From the NCBI GenBank assembly GCA_048886185.1, contig JBHLKY010000007.1:1-32000 (forward strand): 32,000 bases of DNA. The letters run 5' to 3'. Made by a program: the position numbers and the translations under genes. The notes beneath the pieces are model-generated. The model was not told the origin of the DNA. It searched no databases and was given only the letters and a program-made list of their open reading frames with translations. This document shows positions 26,844 through 32,000 of this stretch, piece after piece. Origin of the DNA: Candidatus Hermodarchaeota archaeon (GTDB lineage: Archaea > Asgardarchaeota > Heimdallarchaeia > Hodarchaeales > Hodarchaeaceae). Position 1 is the first letter of the stretch. Every line of letters starts with the position of its first letter.

Positions 26844-27806
26844 TCAAGTATTCTCTTGTTTCAATCTCTTAACAAATCCATGTTTCTTAGAGACCTCTTT
26901 AAAGCCATATGCTGAATAAAGGTTAATTGCAGGCTCATTTCTCACACCAACTTCGATATATGTATTTCGTTTGTCTAAATTAATTAAGTTAGAAAAGCAC
27001 CTATCCATAAGGATCTTACTCAATCCTCTTCCTCGATATTCTGGCAGTATTCCAACGGGGCCAAATTCCATAAACTCCCCATAATCTCGGGCTCCAATAA
27101 ATCCTATAATATTCCCATTACATTCTAAACCAATAGAAGATTCGGTTTCCGTTCCTAAGTTAAAGAAATCCCAGTATGATTGCTCCTCTCTATTTAAACT
27201 ATTGATAAAATCATCCAAAGAATTCTCGAATACTCGATTATAACAGTTCTGCAATTCTTCTTGAGATTTATCACCTAATCTTGTAATAGTTATATCTGGA
27301 GGTAGCTGAACATTTTTTATATCCGATTCAGAGAGAGTATGTTCCATACAATAGCAGATATGTGTTTTCTCCATTTTTACAGCCTCATATAGAATTTGAA
27401 GGTCCTGAAATTGTTTTTCTCTCTGTTTGACAACATCAACAAATACTCGAACGTTGGAGATACCTTTATTCCGAGTAAATTGAAAAGCTTTGTCCAATAA
27501 CTCTTGAGCAATTGTTTTTTTAGCTTCACCAGGCATTACCAAGGGATGCCATTCATATAAAATCATCAGTGAAGGATTAACTTCTATCAGTCCTAACCAG
27601 CCATATATTTCACTATTCACATAAGCTAATAGATGATATTGAGCGTTAGCTAATAGATTATCCACATATTTGTGAAGTACATTCTTAGAAGGGATTAATT
27701 CTGGATTCTTCCTACTTCTGAGATTCATAAATTTCTTTAAGTTATTTCTATTAATATCTTCACTTTTATTGGCTATAACTTCTACCAAATAACCACCTGA
27801 ATACAA
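26844..27806 (-). CDS. Tandem GNAT-family N-acetyltransferase
   Basis: C-terminal ILPEYRGRGLS (motif A) and NEPAINLYSAYGF, plus a degenerate N-terminal GNAT. The true start may be the TTG at 27788 after GGTGG. Confidence 0.85.
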   Translation of the reverse strand: MYSGGYLVEVIANKSEDINRNNLKKFMNLRSRKNPELIPSKNVLHKYVDNLLANAQYHLLAYVNSEIYGWLGLIEVNPSLMILYEWHPLVMPGEAKKTIAQELLDKAFQFTRNKGISNVRVFVDVVKQREKQFQDLQILYEAVKMEKTHICYCMEHTLSESDIKNVQLPPDITITRLGDKSQEELQNCYNRVFENSLDDFINSLNREEQSYWDFFNLGTETESSIGLECNGNIIGFIGARDYGEFMEFGPVGILPEYRGRGLSKILMDRCFSNLINLDKRNTYIEVGVRNEPAINLYSAYGFKEVSKKHGFVKRLKQENT

Positions 27807-27953
27807 GAAGTGAGCGGTTATCGTATAGAATTTTTATTTTTCAAGTATCAGATTGTGGTAATTTGAAATGCAAGAGATATACTTGGCTTATTAAAATGAT
27901 ATAGACCTAAGACAATTGAATATGAATAATATATGGAACGTTCGGAGGTAGAT

Positions 27954-28982
27954 CTATTTCTCACGAAGGGGGAGAGGTAGCTCTTTATCAGGATCTTGGG
28001 CAAAATATGATTTGAGAGAGTCTTGGATGGTAGTGTCTGCATCAAAGCGTGGTTGATATCCTAGTTTCTCCTCTGCTTTGGTCGAATCAATCAAATAATG
28101 TGTACCTAAAAGTTTCACTCTGAATATAGTCATTAGGGGACTTTCTTTTTTCCTTCTAAGTCTTGCAAAGCCTTCTGAGATAACAGCAAATCCCCACGCG
28201 ACACGATAAGGAATGTGTCGAAAAGTGGACTTCTCGGCCAACAACTCAGCATAGCGAATGTATAGCTCCTCTGCTGGTAGGTTAAAACTTGTTACATTAA
28301 AAGCCTCACCTCGAGAATTAGGATGTTCTGCAGCAAGACGTAAACAATACGCAGCGTCACGGGCATGGACAACAGATTGAACTTGTTTTCCGTTTCCAAT
28401 AACAACCATCTGCCCTTTTTGAATGGCATCCACAATAGTAGGGGTTGTATAGTGATCACGAGATCCAAGGATGAAAGGAGGCCTCACGCTGACAATGTCC
28501 ATTCCATATATTTCTACATAATCATCAACAATCTGTTCTGCAGCCCACTTTGATTTTTGATAGTCACCAAAAGGATTTTTTGGAAAGTCCTCTGTGATCG
28601 GTGTATCGCTATTCGGAAATCCGTAAAGAGCGCAAGAACTCGTATGGGCTATTGTAGATATATCTAACTTTCGAGCTGCTTCTAATACATTACGAGTACC
28701 TTCTACATTAACAGGAGCAAATTTTGACCAATCTCCCCAATCCTCCATAATAGCAGCATTGTTGAAAACTACTTCTATATCCCGCATTGCAGAAGTAAGC
28801 GTTTCAGCTAAAGTAATATCACCCACAACTACTTCTATTTTGCTTGGTAATTGCGTTATGTTGCTTGACTTTCTTGCAAGGACTCGTACGTCATAATCCG
28901 CTTCAACTAGTTCATCAACAATGTGACTACCTAAGAAGCCTGTACCTCCTGTTACTAGTGCTTTCACTTTTTTCACACACAA
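27954..28982 (-). CDS. NAD-dependent epimerase/dehydratase (extended SDR, 3-beta-HSD/HpnA-like)
   Basis: VTGGTGFLG, NNAA, VNVEGTRNVLEAA, TSS, YQKSK (YxxxK), RPPFILG. Confidence 0.9.
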   Translation of the reverse strand: MCVKKVKALVTGGTGFLGSHIVDELVEADYDVRVLARKSSNITQLPSKIEVVVGDITLAETLTSAMRDIEVVFNNAAIMEDWGDWSKFAPVNVEGTRNVLEAARKLDISTIAHTSSCALYGFPNSDTPITEDFPKNPFGDYQKSKWAAEQIVDDYVEIYGMDIVSVRPPFILGSRDHYTTPTIVDAIQKGQMVVIGNGKQVQSVVHARDAAYCLRLAAEHPNSRGEAFNVTSFNLPAEELYIRYAELLAEKSTFRHIPYRVAWGFAVISEGFARLRRKKESPLMTIFRVKLLGTHYLIDSTKAEEKLGYQPRFDADTTIQDSLKSYFAQDPDKELPLPLREK

Positions 28983-29139
28983 CCTGGCAATTTTTCAACT
29001 ATGAATTAAGAGTTTCATCACTTCTAGAATCAGAGAAAAATTAGAAATAAATCAAATATCAGTTCAGAGTTGTCCCTATAGGGAATCAAAGGTTTTTATA
29101 CATAACATATATAATCGTCTGTTGTTTTAAAACTCACTA

Positions 29140-29955
29140 TCATCTTTTCTTATAGAATTGATACCAGTGTCTAAGTGTTGCTTGTCTTCTTCTAATCCCA
29201 ATTTGAATTAAATCCTTTTCAAATTCTTCATTCAAGGTAATACCTCTCTTTTCAAACAATTCATAATCTAAAGCCGTGGTAGGAGCCTTAATTTTACTTA
29301 ATTTAATTCCTTGGGCAATTGAATCGAGTAATAAATCTCTAAGGTTCTGATAAAAGTCTAGAATATTCTTTAATTCTTTTTTATTTAGTATAGGTCCATG
29401 ACCAGGGATTATTGTTCTGAGGTCTTTTTGGAGAATATATTTTACTGCTTGAATCCATTTATCAGGATTTGAATTGCCAGGACTCCAAGGAAAGGGTTGT
29501 TTGAAACCTGAAAACACCAAATCCCCTGCAAAGATGACTTTTTCAGATGGAAGATAGATGAAACAAGAATCAGGAGTATGCCCTCCAACGTGATGGATTT
29601 CTACCTCAGAATTTTGATCTTTTAATATCAAAGACTTGTTTGGTTGAAATATTTCTTTTTTAGGAAAATTTTTGGGAAGAAAAGGTTCAGTTTTTTTATT
29701 AAAAACTAAAGTGGTTTCATTAAATGCTGTAATACCATTTATATGGTCAGGGTGACAATGTGTGATTAAAAGATAAATAATTGGACAGTTGAATTGTTTT
29801 TCAAGTGAATTCCTCAACTCTTTACCATTTCCCATTGATCGTCCAGAATCAACTGCTATTGAATAATTCAAAAGTTTGAATCCCCCCATATTTACTGTAT
29901 CGTTTTCAGGTGTGGCCACAAATACATTTGGAGAAATTTTATACAATTTAATCAT
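29140..29955 (-). CDS. Metallo-beta-lactamase-fold hydrolase
   Basis: THCHPDH, GGHT, FAGDL, IPGHG. Confidence 0.9.
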   Translation of the reverse strand: MIKLYKISPNVFVATPENDTVNMGGFKLLNYSIAVDSGRSMGNGKELRNSLEKQFNCPIIYLLITHCHPDHINGITAFNETTLVFNKKTEPFLPKNFPKKEIFQPNKSLILKDQNSEVEIHHVGGHTPDSCFIYLPSEKVIFAGDLVFSGFKQPFPWSPGNSNPDKWIQAVKYILQKDLRTIIPGHGPILNKKELKNILDFYQNLRDLLLDSIAQGIKLSKIKAPTTALDYELFEKRGITLNEEFEKDLIQIGIRRRQATLRHWYQFYKKR

Positions 29956-30126
29956 TTACAGAAACCAGATTGTACTCTTTTAATGATATAAGGCTTTATA
30001 CATCTTAAGTTATCTTCTTTGTTCAAAATGTATTACATTCAGAGCTAATTTTGTTGTTAGTCATTAATCCAACGTTATACGACATCAGAAATCGGAAAAA
30101 TACATTAGAAAAAGAGGAGGGGAAAA

Positions 30127-30564
30127 TTATCCAAAAAGTTTTCGTGCTCTCTCTTCAGGTTTCATTGCAAGATCATCAAACTGTTTTCTAATGAATTCTG
30201 TAAATTCCTGTCCTTGAACTGTTTCAGAGATTTCCAAATTGTCGCTTAGTGAGGCAAAAGTTTTAACAATCTTGTCAGCAACTATTTCAATCCTTTCTTG
30301 GATGATCTTGTGATTCCTTCCTCTATCGCAAATAACATAGATACTTGCTTCTTCTTTGAATAATTGCACTTTTGAGAAAAAAACAGCAAATTTTTTCATA
30401 GAGAAAGATTGGGTCTCATCTGAGAACGTTGAATTGACAAACTGTTGAAGAGCTGTTAAAAAACCGGCTGTCATGAGTGGGTCTCCACTAATTCCAGGTC
30501 GAAAATCAATATGGATGACTGGGAGACCCGCACTTGATATTACACCAACCTCATAAACCACCAT
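30127..30564 (-). CDS. Stand-alone longin-like domain protein
   Basis: 145 aa: VGVISSAGLPV, LMTAGFLTALQQF, FSM...FF, IYVICD, then a long helix. The pattern matches longin folds common in Asgard archaea; called by eye. Confidence 0.62.
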   Translation of the reverse strand: MVVYEVGVISSAGLPVIHIDFRPGISGDPLMTAGFLTALQQFVNSTFSDETQSFSMKKFAVFFSKVQLFKEEASIYVICDRGRNHKIIQERIEIVADKIVKTFASLSDNLEISETVQGQEFTEFIRKQFDDLAMKPEERARKLFG

Positions 30565-31013
30565 TATACGTTGTATCCCCTAGTCTAATCGATTCATTTT
30601 TTTTTATTTCTTCTGTTTCTATTTACGATTTTAGTTCAGATGGAAGAAGTTTTTATAAAAGTACTGTATTTAGTTGTACTCTCATCATTTTGGGATTTTA
30701 GTTATTATTCAAATGTCCTACAAATATTCTTTCCATTTTATGATATTCACTTCAGTTGCAAAACTAAGTACACAACTTATTAGTTAATCAAGAGTAAGAT
30801 GATTAATATGCATTTATTGGGATAAAAATATCTTTTACTCCTCTTCTTCTCTACTTTGCTGTAGATTACAGAGATTTGAAGGAAATAAGCAATTTTATAG
30901 CAAGATAATTATCAAAGGATGAAACTTCTATGATTAAAAGATCACTCTGACAAATTTTAGTTACAATATCCACATCATACAATTTAGAAGTTCGAATGGA
31001 TAGTTTACAATCA

Positions 31014-32000
31014 TTAGAAAGCATTGAGATCTATATGTTCTTTCACTAATTTCTCTAATAGATTAATTTTCTCTGTTTCATCCTTGGTGAACATTATCTG
31101 CATATCATCAATTTGTTTAGCAGTAGCAAAGGTATCAGTGGAGACCAATAGTAAGGGGATGTTTGCCATATTAGCTTTTGATTCGATAATTGGATCAGCA
31201 GGTAGAATATTGTTTGTTAGTACAATCCCAGCTGTAGATGACTCCAAAGCTGCTATAATCATATCTGGCCTATCACCAGGGGTGATAATTAATTTATTCT
31301 CCAATGCCCAGAGGGGTCGTTTAATGACTTGAGCAGCAGACATGGCTCCAACGAAAATATGTTCGACTTTATTATCTAATCCTTTCTCTCCTGCGAGTAC
31401 CTTGGCAAATATGGTCTCGTATAAGTACGCCATTGAAAACTGAGTCAGCTCTTTTTGATAAGGAATTATCCCTAGAACATTAACACCAAGTTCTTTAATA
31501 GAATCTAAATAGAGATCCTTAAAGTTCTCGACATCTTTAATCTTGTTGATAATAACACCTATCAATTCGATGTCTTTAGTGTCAACACAGTTCACCAAGA
31601 AAGTAATCTCATCAATAATCTTTTCAGCTGGACCACTGAGGATGAGTAGAAGTTCTGCACCAATATTTCTCGCTACTGTTAAAGCATCAAGATGTACTGA
31701 AAGCCCATAATTCAAGTTCTTACTGCCTTCAATAAGGACAATTTCTTTATCTTTCCCTACATTTTTTAATAATTCAATTAGCTTTTCTTTCGTTGATGCT
31801 TTATCATACATAAAGCGTAATTTAGAATGTGCAAAACCAATTGAAATGTTTTCAGGTTGTTCTTCTAACCCTAAAATGTTAGTGACTAACGCTGAATCAT
31901 AATCCCACAAACGTTTCTTCTGATAAAGAAGATGGTCACCGAAAGGTTTCATATATCCAATTTTTTTATTTAGAGCTTTAGCCAAGCCAATAATTAAGCT
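31014..32000 (-). CDS. DRTGG-domain / BioD-like phosphotransacetylase N-terminal family protein (COG0857), 5' end outside the window
   Basis: IGYMKPFG, VLIEGS, GVIINK, LGIIPY, IFVGAMS, ITPGDRPDM. The frame stays open to the window edge (SLIIGLAKAL). Confidence 0.85.
   Translation of the reverse strand, partial: SLIIGLAKALNKKIGYMKPFGDHLLYQKKRLWDYDSALVTNILGLEEQPENISIGFAHSKLRFMYDKASTKEKLIELLKNVGKDKEIVLIEGSKNLNYGLSVHLDALTVARNIGAELLLILSGPAEKIIDEITFLVNCVDTKDIELIGVIINKIKDVENFKDLYLDSIKELGVNVLGIIPYQKELTQFSMAYLYETIFAKVLAGEKGLDNKVEHIFVGAMSAAQVIKRPLWALENKLIITPGDRPDMIIAALESSTAGIVLTNNILPADPIIESKANMANIPLLLVSTDTFATAKQIDDMQIMFTKDETEKINLLEKLVKEHIDLNAF

Noticed and set aside
26689-26844. 51-codon minus-strand ORF overlapping the GNAT stop by one base
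   Set aside because: No motif or homology evident; it is not the missing AKR N-terminus.
29101-29125. Possible fifth copy of the dispersed repeat (TAACATATATAATCGT)
   Set aside because: Lacks the GCTT flank and GAAGAC part, and is AT-rich promoter-like sequence upstream of the SDR gene.
1-32000. CRISPR array, tRNA/rRNA genes, intact transposase or integrase
   Set aside because: No regularly spaced repeats, cloverleaf or rRNA-like tracts, or DDE/tyrosine/serine recombinase ORFs were seen.

Overview
AT-rich archaeal window, most likely from an Asgard archaeon (Heimdallarchaeia/Hodarchaeales-like). This is inferred from BRE/TATA promoters, GGTG/GAGGT-type ribosome-binding sites, a stand-alone longin-like protein and Asgard-type TPR proteins. 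There are about 19 intact genes and several pseudogene fragments; no rRNA, tRNA, CRISPR array or intact transposase was seen. Contents in order: (1) two luciferase-like (LLM) oxidoreductases around a decayed region with a duplicated orphan promoter; (2) a two-component pair (REC-DUF835-like-wHTH regulator plus PAS histidine kinase), an FMN-binding glutamate-synthase-like gene and a convergent REC-PPDK_N-His-swivel protein; (3) an orphan ABC family-5 binding protein, a receptor-like single-pass protein (14 WD40 repeats, Ca-binding repeats, TM helix, cytoplasmic helical domain) and a TPR-nitrilase fusion that shares a homologous helical domain with that cytoplasmic tail; (4) a bacterial-looking accessory block (AidB-like ACAD, AKR, AKR pseudogene, DinB, GNAT, SDR, MBL hydrolase) carrying a dispersed ~51-bp repeat that brackets the DinB gene; (5) a longin-like protein and a 5'-truncated DRTGG/BioD-like gene. 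The best candidates for undescribed systems are the WD40 receptor/TPR-nitrilase pair, the REC-PPDK/glutamate-synthase-like/two-component module and the dispersed repeat. All calls come from reading motifs by eye; no database search was run.
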